Assembly (NCBI RefSeq): GCF_037042905.1
Contig: NC_087250.1
Span: forward strand, 19,098,001 to 19,162,000
Direction: 5' to 3'
From: Lytechinus pictus
Taxonomy: Eukaryota
DNA: 64,000 bases
The notes below the pieces were generated by a model. That model worked only from the letters and a program-made list of their open reading frames with translations, did not search any database and was not told the origin of the DNA. Shown here piece after piece: positions 51,901-64,000 of the stretch (its first letter is position 1; the number at the start of each line of letters is the position of its first letter). Both the position numbers and the translations under genes were made by a program.

Positions 51901-54900
51901 TCTAGGATCGATACATTAATGTTCGACCTAGGTGGGCACCGAATTGAAGCTCGAACTAATGGGTCGCAAAATAATGTTTGACCTAGGGGGCCGCCACATT
52001 GACCTGAACTGAGGGGGCACCAAAATTTACACTTATAACTCAGGGGGGGGGGTTGCCGAATCGGTGTTCAACCTTTTGAGCGCCAAATTGAAGTTTGACT
52101 GGGGCAACTACTCCCTATATGTTTTTTTTTCAACTTGGGAAATGGAGGGGAAGAGAAAATAGAGAATAGTCACGGCGCCTTCATGCCCTCTTTCGAAATC
52201 TCGATGCGTCCCTACCTGTGTTATCTGCCCGAATTTTAACCAGTTATATTTTTAATTAGGAATAATTATCACATCTAATTTTAGTCGTTACGGGCAATAC
52301 AGTTTTGGGGACATGGACATTCACTAGCCATTTGTAAAAAAAAAAAGCCTAGGGCTCGCACGCTTGTTTATGGATGATATCTTTTCATGAATCCATTAAT
52401 AAGCATAAATAAAGGAAGATGATCAAGAAAGAAAAAAATGTAGAATAAAAATGTTGATGAGCGGATTAAGAAGGTTAAGTGTGGGGGGCATGAGGGTGAA
52501 AGGAGTAGATGGGAGTTTCAATGCTATAATCCATGTTGCAATGGAGAGAAGGATAAGGCCTATAGTAATACTGAGGCAACACCGAGGGTCCACAAGGTTG
52601 ATTTTTCTTTTTTCCTCATTATCATAAGTTGTTGTTAAGTGTGGGTGATCAAGAGGATGTCATATCCCCACCCCCCCCCCCATATTCGAAGTGGGTTGGG
52701 GCACCGAATTGATATTTGAACTAGGGGGCGCCGTAATGATGTTCTAACTAGGGGGCGCCGAATTGATGTTCGAACTAAGGGGCACCACATTGTTGTTTAA
52801 ACTAGGGGGCCCCGAACAGATGTTTGGAGAAGGGGAGTCGAAGTAATGTTTAAACTGTATAGGGGAGGGGTGCTGAATTGATGTTCGAATAAGGGGGCTC
52901 AAGGGAGCGCGAAACTGATGTTCGAACCAGAGAGGCGCTGAATTGACGTCTGAATGAGGAGGCGCCGAATTGTTGTTCAAACCAAGGGGCCGACAAATTC
53001 ATATTCGTACTAGGGGGTGCCAAGGTGATGTTCGAACTAGGAGGCGCCAAATTTATGTTCGAACTGGGGAGGGGGATTGATGTTCGAACAAGGGGGCGCC
53101 AAATTGATGTTCGAACTGGGGGGATTGATGTTCGAACAAGGGAGTGCTAAATTGATGTTCGAACCAGGGGGCACCAAAGTGATGTTCGATCTATAGGGCG
53201 CCAAATTGATGTTCGACCAGGAGGGAACAAATTATTGTTCGACTTAGGGGGTGCTAAATTGTTTTCAAACTAGGGGGCGCCAAATTGATGTTCGAACGGG
53301 GGGGGGGGATTGATGTTCGAACAAGGGGGCGCTAAATTGATGTACGAACTAGGGGGCGCCAAATTAATGTTCGATCTATAGGGCGCCAAATTGATGTTCG
53401 ACCAGGAGGGAACAAATTATTGTTCGACTTAGGGGGTGCCAAATTGTTTTCAACCTAGGGGGCGCCGAATTGATGTTCGTGCTACAATCGCCACATTGAA
53501 GTTCGACCTAGGTGGGCGCCGAATCGATGTTCGAACTAGGGGGCACCGAATGGATGTTTGAACTAAGGGGCACCGAATGGATGTTTGAACTAGGGGGCAC
53601 CGAATGGTTGTTTGAACGAGGGGGCGCGGAATGAAGAAGGGGGTAGAATTGATATTTGAACTACATAGGGGAAGAAGGTGCTGCATTGATGTTCGAATTA
53701 AGGGGCCCTAGGGGGAGCAAAACTTGTTTGAAGTAGAGAGTCGCTGAATTAACATTTGAATGAGGCGCCGAATTGTTGTTCGAACAAGGGGGGCCTCAAA
53801 TTTATGTTCGAACTAGGGGGGTGCCTAGGTAATGTTCGAACTAGGGGGCGCCAAATTGATGTTCAAACCGGGGGGGGGCACCAAATTGATGTTCAAACCG
53901 GGGGGGGCACCAAATTGATGTTCGAACTAGGGGGCGCCAAAATGATGTTCGACCTAGAGGGGGCCAAATTGATGTTCGACCCGGAGGGAACAAATTGATG
54001 TTCGACTTAGGGGGTGCCATATTGTGGTCGACCTAGGGGGCGCCGATTTGATGTTCTAACTAATGAGAAGCAAAATTAATGTTTGACCTAGGGGCCACCA
54101 CATTGACCTGAAATGAGGGGGCACTAAATTTACACTTATAACTCGGGGGGGGGTGCCGAATCGGAGTTCGACCTTTCGAGCGCCAATTTGATGTTTGACT
54201 TGTGGCGACTATGTTTTTTTGTAACTTGGGAAATGGAGGGGAAGAGAAAATAGAGCATGGTCATGACGTCTTCATGCCCTCTATCAAAATATCTCGATGC
54301 CTCCCTGCCTGTGTTATCTGCCAGAAATTTAATCAGTTATATTCTTAATTTGGAATAATTACCACATCGAATTTTCGTCGTTACAGGCATTACATTTTGG
54401 GGACATATTCGCTAGCCATTGCGTTTGTTTGTAAAAAAATAAATAAATAAATAGCCTAGGGCTCACACGATGCACAACCTTTTTTTTATGAATGAAATCT
54501 TTACATGAATACATTAGTAAGCATATATAAAGGAAGATGATCAAGAAAGAACAAAAATGTAAAATTAAAATGTTGATAAGCGGATTAAGAAGGTTAAGTG
54601 TGGGGGGAATGAGGGTGAAAGGAGTAGATGGAGTTTCAATGCTATAATCCCTGTTGCAATGGAGAGAAGGATAAGGCCTATAGTAATACTGAGGCAACAC
54701 CGAGGGTCCACAAGGTTGATTTTTCATTGCCCCCTTATGATTAGTTGTTATGTAACTGCATCTAAGTCAAATGTCTAGTGTGGGTGTAGATCAAGGAGAT
54801 GTTATATCCCCACTCCCCCCCCCCCCCCCCCGGTGAGTGGAGGCGCCGAATTGATATTTGAATTATGGGGCGCCGATTTGATGTTCTTACTAAGGGGCGC

Positions 54901-57900
54901 CGAATTGATGTTCTAATTAAGGGACGTCGAATCGAGATTCGAACTAGGGGGCCCTAGGGGCGCCAAATTGATGTTCGAACTAGTGGACGCCCCCTAAACA
55001 ATGTTCGTACAGGGGGGCATAGGGGGGCGTCGAAGTGATATTCTAACCAGCGGGGGCCAAATTGATGTTCAAACTAGGGGGGGGGGCACCATATTGATGT
55101 TCGAACTAGTGGAGGCCCAAAATTGATGTTCGAACTAGTGGACGCCGAATCAATGTTCGAACTAGGAGAGGGGTGCCAAATCGATGTTCGAACTAGGGGA
55201 GCGCCACATCGATGTTTGAATGAGGGGGCACCATATTGATGTTCGAACTAAAGAGGCGGCGAATTTATGTTCGAACTAGGGGATGCCCCAAACTGATGTT
55301 CGAACAAGGGGGGGGGCAAATTGATGTTCGAACTAGAGAAAGCCGAATCAATGTTCGAACTAGGAGAGGGGTGCCAAATTGATGTTCGAGCTAGGGGAGC
55401 CCAAAATCGATGTTTGAATGAGGGGGCGCCATACTGATTTTCGAACTAAAGAGGCGCCGAGTTGACGTTCGAATGAGGGGGCGCCGAATTGAAGTTCAAA
55501 CTAGGGGCCTTAGAAGGCGCTGAATTGATGTTTGAACTAGGGAGGCGCCGAATATATGTTCGATCTAAAGGGGCGCAGAATGGATTTTCCAAGTGGGGGT
55601 GATTTGATGTTCGAATAAGGGGCCCCTAGGAGAGCGCCGAATCGATGTGCGAATGAGGGGGCCCCGAATTTATGTTTGTATTAGGGAGCGCCACACTGAT
55701 GTTCGAACTAGAGAAGCTCCGAATCTACGTTCGAATGAGGGGGCGCCGAATTTATGTTCAAACCAGGCGGCGCCAAATTGATGTTCGAACTAGGGGTGGG
55801 GGGCGTCGAATTGATGCTCGAACTAGGGGAGGCCCCAAACTGATGTTCGAACGAGGAGGGGGGCCAAATTAATGTTCGAACTAGGGAGGGCCAAATCAAT
55901 GTTTGAACTAGGAGAGGGGTGCCAAATTGATGTTCGAACTAGGGGAGCCCAAAATCGATGTTTGAATGAGGGGGGCGCCAAACAGATTTTCGAACAAGGG
56001 GGCACCGAGGGGGCGATATGATGTTCGTTCTTGGATCGTAACATTAATGTTCGACATAGGTGGGCACCGAATTGATGCTCGAACTAATGGGTCGCAAAAT
56101 AATGTTTGACCTAGAAGGCCGCCGCAAAGACCTGAAATGAGGGAGCACCAAATTTACACTTATAACTCGGGAGGGGGGTGCCGAATCGGTGTTTGAACTT
56201 TCGAACGCCAATTTGATGTTTGACTCGGGGCGACAACTCCCTATATGTTTTTTTCAACTTGGGAAATGGAGGGGTTATATTCTTAACTCGGATTAATTAC
56301 CACATTTAACATTTGTCGTTACGGGCATTATATTTTGTGGACGTGGATATTCGCTAGCCATTGCGTTTGTAAAAAATAAACAAAATAAATAGCCTAGGGC
56401 TCGTACGAAGCACAACGTTTGTTTATGGTTGAAATCTATACCTGAATACATTACCTAGCATAAATAAAGGAAGATTATCAAGAAAGAACAAAATATGTAG
56501 AATTGAAATGTTGATGAGCGGATTAAGAAGGGTAAGTGGGATTGGAAACTGACATAAAAGAAAGAGGTGTGAAAGGAGTAGATGGAGTTTCAATGCTATA
56601 ATCCCTGTTGCAATGGAGAGAAGGATAAGGCCTATAGTAATACTGAGGCAACACCGAGGGTCCACAAGGTTGATTTTTCATTGCCCCCTTATGATTAGTT
56701 GTTATATAACTGCATCTAAGTCAAATGTCTAGTGTGGGTGTCGATCAAGGAGATGTTATATCCCACCCCCCCCCCACCCCCCCCCCCCCCCCCCCGGTGG
56801 GTGGAGGCGCCGAATTGATATTTGAATTGTGGGGCGCCGATATGATGTTCTTACTAAGGGGCGCCGAATTTATGTTCTAATTAAAGGGACGTCGAATCGA
56901 GATTCGAACTGGGGGGGGGGGCACCACATTGATGTTCGAACTAGGGGAGGCCCCAAATTGATGTTCGAAGTAGTGGACGCCGAATCAATGTTTGAACTAA
57001 GAGGGGCGCCAAATAGATGTTTGAACTAGAGGGGCACCGATTGATGTTTCAAGAAAGGAGAGCCGAATAGGGGCGCCAAATTGATGTTCGAACTAAGGGG
57101 GGTAGTCAGATTGATGTTCGAACTAGGGGGCCCTAAGTGGGCCGAATCGCGATGTTTGAATTAGGGGGCGCCACACTGATGCTCAAACTAGACAAGCTCC
57201 GAATCTACGTTCGTATGAGGGGGCGCCGAATTGATCTTCGACCTAAGGGGATGCCAAATTGTTCTCGAATTTATGTTGGTGCTAGGATCGTCACATTGTA
57301 GTTAGACCTAGGTGGGCGCCGAATCGATGTTCGAACTAGGGGGCACCGAATTGATGTTTGTGGTAGGATCGTCACATTGTAGTTAGACCTAGGTGGCGCC
57401 GAATCGATGTTCGAACTACGGGGCACCGAATTGATGTTTGAACTAGAGGGGCGTCAATTCGATGTTTGAATTAGGGGGCGCGCCATTCTGATGTTCGAAC
57501 TAGGGGCCTGAATTGATGTTTGAACTAGGGAGGCGCCGAATAGAAGTTCGAACTAGAGGGGCGCAGAATGGATTTTCGAACTAGGGGGCGCCAAATTGAT
57601 GTTCGAACGGGGGGAGGGGGAATTGATGTTCTAACAAGGGGGCGCTAAATTGATGTACTAACTAGGGGGCGCCAAATTGATGTTCGATCTATAGGGCGCC
57701 AAATTGATGTTCGACCAGGAGGGGACAAATTATTGTTCGACTTAGGGGGTGCCAAATTGTTTTCGAACTAGGGGGCGCCAAATTGATGTTCGAACGGGGG
57801 GAGGGGGAATTGATGTTCGAACAAGGGGGCGCTAAATTGATGTACGAACTAGGGGGCGCCAAATTGATGTTCGATCTATAGGGCGCCAAATTGATGTTCG

Positions 57901-60295
57901 ACCAGGAGGGAACAAATTATTGTTCGACTTAGGGGGTGCCAAATTGTTTTCAACCTAGGGGGCGCCAAATTTATGTTCGAACTGGGGAGGGGGATTGATG
58001 TTCGAACAAGGGGGCGCCAAATTGATGTTCGAACTGGGGGATTGATGTTCGAACAAGGGGGTGCTAAATTGATGTTCGAACTAGTGGGCGCCAAATTGAT
58101 GTTCGACCAGGAGGGAACAAATTATTGTTCGACTTAGGGGGTGCCAAATTGTTTTCGAACTAGGGGGCGCCAAATTGATGGTCGAACGGGGGGAGGGGGA
58201 ATTGATGTTCGAACAAGGGGGCGCTAAATTGATGTACGAACTAGGGGGCGCCAAATTGATGTTCGATCTATAGGGCGCCAAATTGATGTTCGACCAGGAG
58301 GGAACAAATTATTGTTCGACTTAGGGGGTGCCAAATTGTTTTCAACCTAGGGGGCGCCGAATTGATGTTCGTGCTAGAATCGCCACTTTGAAGTTAGACC
58401 TAGGTGGGCGCCGAATCGATGTTCGAACTAGGGGGCACCGAATGGATGTTTGAACTAGGGGGCACCGAATGGATGTTTGAACTAGGGGGCACCGAATGGA
58501 TGTTTGAACGAGGGGGCGCGGAATGAATAAGGGGGGTAGAAGTGATATTTGAACTACATAGGGGAAGGGGGTGCTGAATTGATGTTCGAATTAAGGGGCC
58601 CTAGGGGGAGCAAAACTTGTTTGAACTAGAGAGTCGCTGAATTAACATTTGAATGAGGCGCCGAATTGTTGTTCGAACAAGGGGGGGGGGCGTCAAATTT
58701 ATGTTCGAACTAGGGGGGTGCCTAGGTAATGTTCGAACTAGGGGGCGCCAAATTGATGTTCAAACTGGGGGGGGCGCCAAATTGATGTTCGAACAAGGGG
58801 ACGCTAAATTGTTGTTCGAACAAGGGGACGCTAAATTGTTGTTCGAACTAGGGGGCGCCAAAGTGATGTTCGACCTGGAGGGAACGAATTGATGTTCGAC
58901 TTAGGGGGTGCCATATTGTGGTCGACCTAGGGGGCGCCGATTTGATGTTCTAACTAATGAGGAGCAAAATTAATGTTTGACCTAGGGGCCGCCACATTGA
59001 CCTGAAATGAGGGGGCACTAAATTTACATTTATAACTGGGGGGGTGCCGAATCGGAGTTCGACCTTTCGAGCGCCAATTTGATGATTGACTTGGGGCGAC
59101 TATGTTTTTTTCAACTTGGAAAATGGAGGGGAATAGAAAATAGAGCATGGTCATGACGTCTTCATGCCCTCTGTCGAAATATTTCGATGCCTCCCTGCCT
59201 GTGTTATCTGCCAGAAATTTAATCAGTTATATTCTTAATTTGGAATAATTACCACATCGAATTTTCGTCGTTACAGGCATTACATTTTGGGGACATATTC
59301 GCTAGCCATTGCGTTTGTTTGTAAAAAAAATTAAAATAAATAGCCTAGGGCTCACACGAAGCACAACCTTTTTTATTGAATGAAATCTTTACATGAATAC
59401 ATTAGTAAGCATATATAAAGGGAGATGATCAAGAAAGAACAAAAATGTGGTATTAAAATGTTGATGAGCGGATTAAGAAGGTTAAGTGTGGGGGGAATGA
59501 GGTTGAAAGGAGTAAATGGAGTTTCAATGCTATAATCCCTGTTGCAATGGAGAGAAGGATAAGGCCTATAGTAATACTGAGGCAACACCGAGGGTCCACA
59601 AGGTTGATTTTTCATTGCCCCCTTATGATTAGTTGTTATGTAACTGCATCTAAGTCAAATGTCTAGTGTGAGTGTCGATCAAGGAGATGTTATATCCCCA
59701 CACCCCCCCCCCCCCCCCCGGTGAGTGGAGGCGCCGAATTGATATTTGAATTATGGGGCGCCGATATGATGTTCTTACTAAGGGGCGCCGAATTGATGTT
59801 CTAATTCAGGGACGTCGAATCGCGATTCGAACTAGGGGGCCCTAGGGGGCGCCAAATTGATGTTCGAACTAGTGGACGCCCCCTAAACAATGTCCGTACT
59901 GGGGGGGGCATAGGGGGGCGTCGAAGTGATATTCGAACCAGCGGGTCCAAATTGATGTTCAAACTAGGGGGGCATCACATTGATGTTCGAACTAGGGGAG
60001 GCCTAAATTGATGTTCGAACTAGTGGACGCCGAATCAAAGTTTGAACTAGGAGGGGCGCCAAATTGATGTTTGAACTAGAGGGGCACCGATTGCTGTTTC
60101 AAGAAAGGAGAGCCGAATGAGGGCGCCAAATTGATGTTCGAACTAAGGGGGGGGGGGGTGGTCAGATTGATGTTCGAACTAGGGGACCCTAGGGGGGGCC
60201 GAATCGCGATGTTTGAATTAGGGTGCGCCACACTGATGCTCAAACTAGAGAAGCTCCGAATCTTAGTTCGTATGAGGAGGCGCCGAATTGATCTT

Positions 60296-60831
60296 CAAGT
60301 TTCAAGTTTCATTTATTTCTCCTCAAGAGATCAAGATAAAAATACATTTAAAAAAGTAGACAATGTAAATACAATGAACATCAAATTTAAAGAAAGTGAG
60401 GAAGGTAATGACCAAAAAGGAAGAAACCTTGTGTGAGGCCAACCCATAACAAAAATTGTACTTAAAGAAATATTGAAAACATCATATAATCACAAATTCA
60501 ATGAGAAAAAAAAACATAACAAACAAACAGACACCTTACTAAACCTTAACCGAATGAGAATGGGGGGGGGGGGAGAACCAAGAATAAATCTAAGACTTAG
60601 ACAATAAAAATGTTTTGTATTTCCTTTTAAAAAACAGATACCGAATGGCTTGATTGAATATCAGAAGGGATTGAGTTCCAAATAACTGGTCCTTGATAAA
60701 ATATACTGTTTTTGAAGATGGAAGTACTGCACTGAGGAATATGGATATTTTGGGCATTTCTTGTTGAATAAGTATGTACAGATGTGTTTAATAAAAAATA
60801 ATTCTTAAGGGAATTAGGCAAGAGATCCTTT
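60296..60831 (-). mobile_element. 3' fragment of a CR1/L2-group LINE inserted in the macrosatellite
   Basis: Encodes HTYSTRNAQNIHIP...SIFYQGPVIWNSIP (LINE ORF2 C-terminus); (TTGAAAC)n tail; flanked by TCTTC/TCTTC. Confidence 0.75.
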
Positions 60832-60870
60832 TCTTCGACCTAAGGGGATGCCAAATTGTTCTCGAATCTA

Positions 60871-61080
60871 TTATTATTATTTTATTCGGCATTTCAACAA
60901 AAACAGTTTACAATCAATTAACAAGAGAATATACAATTACAAGTGAAAAGGGATGTTTACAGAACAAGTCCAGGTTGCCTGGAAAAGGAAAAAGTTAAAC
61001 AAATTACTGTAGCCCGCAGGCTTTCCTCCCCGACCTGGACTTGTATGTTAACACCCCAAGAATAAAAACATATATATCTA
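60871..61080 (-). mobile_element. Short retroposon 3' end with (AAT)n tail inserted in the macrosatellite
   Basis: Interrupts the unit GTTCTCGAATTTATGTTGGT seen intact at ~57261; flanked by ATCTA/ATCTA. Confidence 0.55.
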
Positions 61081-63629
61081 TGTTGGTACTAGGATCATCA
61101 CAATGTAGTTAGACCTAGGTGGGCGCCGAATCAAGTTCGAACTAGGGGGCACCGAATTGATGTTTGAACTAGGGGGCGCCGAATAGATGTGTGATCTAGA
61201 GGGGCGTCAAATCGATGTTCCAAGTAGGGGGGCGCGCCATACTGATGTTCGAACTAGAGAGGCGCTAAATTGACGTTCGAATGAGGGGGCGCCGAATTGA
61301 TGTTCGAACTAGGGGGGGGGACGCCAAAATGATGTCCGACCTAGGGGACGCCAAATTGATGTTCGACCTGGTGGAGCATCATTGATGTTCGACCTAGGGG
61401 GTGCTAAATTGTTTTTACCTAGGCGCCGAATTTATGTTTGTGTTAGGATCGCAATATTGAAGTTCGATCTATAGGGGGCGTTGAATTGATATTCCAAGTA
61501 GGGGAGCCGAATTGACGTTTGAACTATATAGGGGGATGCTCAGTGTTCGAATTAGGGGGCCTAGGGGGCGCCAAATTGATGTTCGAACTAAAGAGGCGCT
61601 AAATTGACGTTTGATTAAGGGGGCGCCGTATTGTTGTTCGAACAGGGGGCGTCAAATTTATCTTCGAACTAGGTGGAGGCACCAAGGTGGTGTTCAAAAT
61701 AGGGGACGCCGAATTGATGTTCAACTAGGGGGGCATCAAATTGATGTTCGAACTAGGGGGGCACCGTATCGATATTCGAATAAGGGGGCCCTAGGGGACC
61801 CAAAACTGATGTTCGAACTAGAGAGGCGATGAGTTGACGTTTGAATGAGGGGGCGCCAATTTGTTAAATTGATGTTCCAACAAGGGGGCGGGCAAATTGG
61901 TGTTCAACCTGGAGGGAGCCAAACTGATTTTTTGACTTAGGGGGTGCCAAATTGTGTTCGACCTAGGGGACGCCGATTTGATGCTCGAACTAATGGGGCG
62001 CAAAATTACTGTTTGACCGTGGGGCCGCCGAATTGACCTGAAATGAGGGGGCACCAAATTTACACATATTACTCAAGGGGGGTGCCGAATCGGCGTTTGA
62101 TCTTTCGAGCGCCAATTTAATGTTTGACTGTGGGCGACTACTCGATCCTATATGTTTTTTTTCAACTTAGGAAATGGTGGGGAAGAGATAACAGAGAATG
62201 GTCATGACGTCATCTATCCCAAAGCCCCCCTGCCTGTGTTATCTGCCTGAATTTTAATCAGTTATATTCTTAATTCGGAATAATTACCACATCTAATATT
62301 TGTCGTTACGGGCATTACATTTTGGGGACATGGACATTCGCTAGCCATTGCGTTTGTAAAAAAAAAATAGCCTAGGGCTCACACGAAGCACAACGTTTAT
62401 GGATGAAATCTATACATGAATACATCAATAAGCATAAATAAAGGATGACGATCAAGAAAGTACAAAATATAGAATTAAAAGGTTGATAAGCGGATTAAGA
62501 AGGTTAAGTGGGGGGGGGGTGACAGTAAAGAAAGAGGTGTGAAAGGAGTAGATGTAGTTCCAATGCTATAATCCCTGTTGCAATGGAGAGAAGGATAAGG
62601 CCTATAGTAATACTGAGGCCGCACCGAGGGTCCACAAGGTTAATTTTTCTTCCTCCCCTTATAATGATGTGTTGTTATGTAACTGCATCTAAGTCAAATG
62701 TCTAGTTTGGGTGTCGATCAAGAGGATGTCATATCCCCCAACCCCATCCCATATTCCCGGTGGGTGTGGGCGCCGAATTGATATTTGAATTAGGGGGCGC
62801 CGATATGATGTTCTAATTAGGGGGCACCGAATTGATGCTCAAATTAGGGGACGACGAATGAGGTTCGAACTACGGGGCCTAGGGGGCGACAAATTAATGT
62901 TCAAATCAACAGGCGCCAAATTGATGTTCGAACTAGTTGACGCCGAAACGAAGTTCGAACTGGGGGCCGTAGGGGGGCGTCGAATACATGTTTGAACCAG
63001 GCGGCGCCAAATTGATTTTCGAACTGGGGGGCGCCAAATCGATGTTCTAACTAGGGGAGGCCCCAAACTGATGTTCGAACTAGGGGTGGGGCGCCAAATT
63101 GATGTCAGAACTAGGGGAGGCCCCAAACTGATGTTCAAACTAGTTGGGGGCGCCAATTGATTTTCGAACTGGGGAAAGCCGAATCAATGTTCGAACTAGG
63201 AGAGGGGTGCCAAAGTGATGTTCGAACTACGGGAGCGCCAAATCGATGTTTGAATGAGGGGGCGCCAAACAGATTTTCGAACTAAAGAGGCGCTGAATGA
63301 TGTTCGAACTAGAGGGGCGCCAAAGTGATATTCTACCTGGGGGGCATCAAATTGATGTTCGAACTAGGGGGCCTGAATTGGTGTTTGAACTAGGGGGCGC
63401 CGAATAGATGTTCGATCTAGAGGGGCGCAGAATGGATTTTCCAAGTGGGGGCGATTAGATGTTCGAATTTGGGGTCCCTAGGGGGGCGCCGAATCGATGT
63501 TTGAATGATGGGGCGCCGAACTGATGTTTGTATTAGAGGGTGCCACACTGATTTTCGAACGAGAGAAGCTCTGAATTTAATATCCTCTTCATGAGTCACT
63601 GTAAACTGTTATAACCAGGTCTCTTTTCA

Positions 63630-63790
63630 TATCAGTGTATTGATTTTTTTTTAGCTCGCGCTTCGCGCTCGCATTTAATTATTCAGTTACATACGCATCT
63701 TTTTTATGATTATAAACTGCTGAGAATGTTAAATTTTATATCAATATACATGAAATATACCAGAATATTAGGTCGCATTATTTACTTATG
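63630..63790 (-). mobile_element. Fragment related to the hAT-like element at 18428-19477
   Basis: AGCTCGCGCTTCGCGCTCGCATT is the reverse complement of that element's internal repeat. Confidence 0.45.
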
Positions 63791-64000
63791 CCTTAGCCTA
63801 TCTTGCTATCTTGTGTGTAAGAACAAACCTTGGATGCATTTAAATCCCAGCTAATTCACTGATGAGGAGATTGGGTAGATTATCTTCGAGATTGCATCAT
63901 TTCCAACACGTTATCAATGATATTCCTGAAGGATATTCTAAAACGACTTGTAAAGAAGTTACAGCTTCAATTCTGCTGAGAGGTCAAACGAAATTGAAAC

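Larger units (their letters stand above)
49370..63575 (+). repeat. Composite macrosatellite: six conserved ~600 bp AT-rich blocks alternating with arrays of a ~27 bp G-rich subunit
   Basis: Subunit CTAGGGGGCGCCAAATTGATGTTCGAA. The block anchor GAGGGTCCA(C/A)AAGGTT occurs at 49874, 52584, 54702, 56656, 59590 and 62626. Confidence 0.95.

Noticed and set aside
49370..63575. CRISPR-like array, or coding ORFs in the 27-mer arrays
   Set aside because: Eukaryotic context, no unique spacers, no cas genes; the ORFs are translations of the repeat.

Overview
Eukaryotic (animal) genomic DNA: AT-rich, with GT-AG introns and dense repeats. The repeat style suggests a marine invertebrate such as a sea urchin, but that is inference only. 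The window has four zones. (1) 1-14980: the right part of a large Kolobok-type DNA transposon. It carries a spliced DDE transposase (+) and a convergent two-exon KolX / P2X7-ballast-like gene (-), ends in CTCCT|TTAA, and contains nested MITEs. (2) ~16490-35546: a 12-exon + strand gene whose splice phases I traced by hand into one open frame of ~674 aa. Its architecture is an N-terminal domain (possibly anti-LPS-factor-like), a sushi/CCP domain, a Thr/Ser mucin stalk, one transmembrane helix, and a cytoplasmic caspase with intact SHG and QACRG motifs. This apparent single-pass 'receptor-caspase' is the most interesting object in the window. (3) ~35850-39360: two decayed non-LTR retrotransposons. 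(4) ~40700-63570: two adjacent satellite domains, a ~120-150 bp GA-containing satellite and a composite 2-3 kb macro-repeat built from ~27 bp G-rich subunits. All gene models are manual and lack transcript support.
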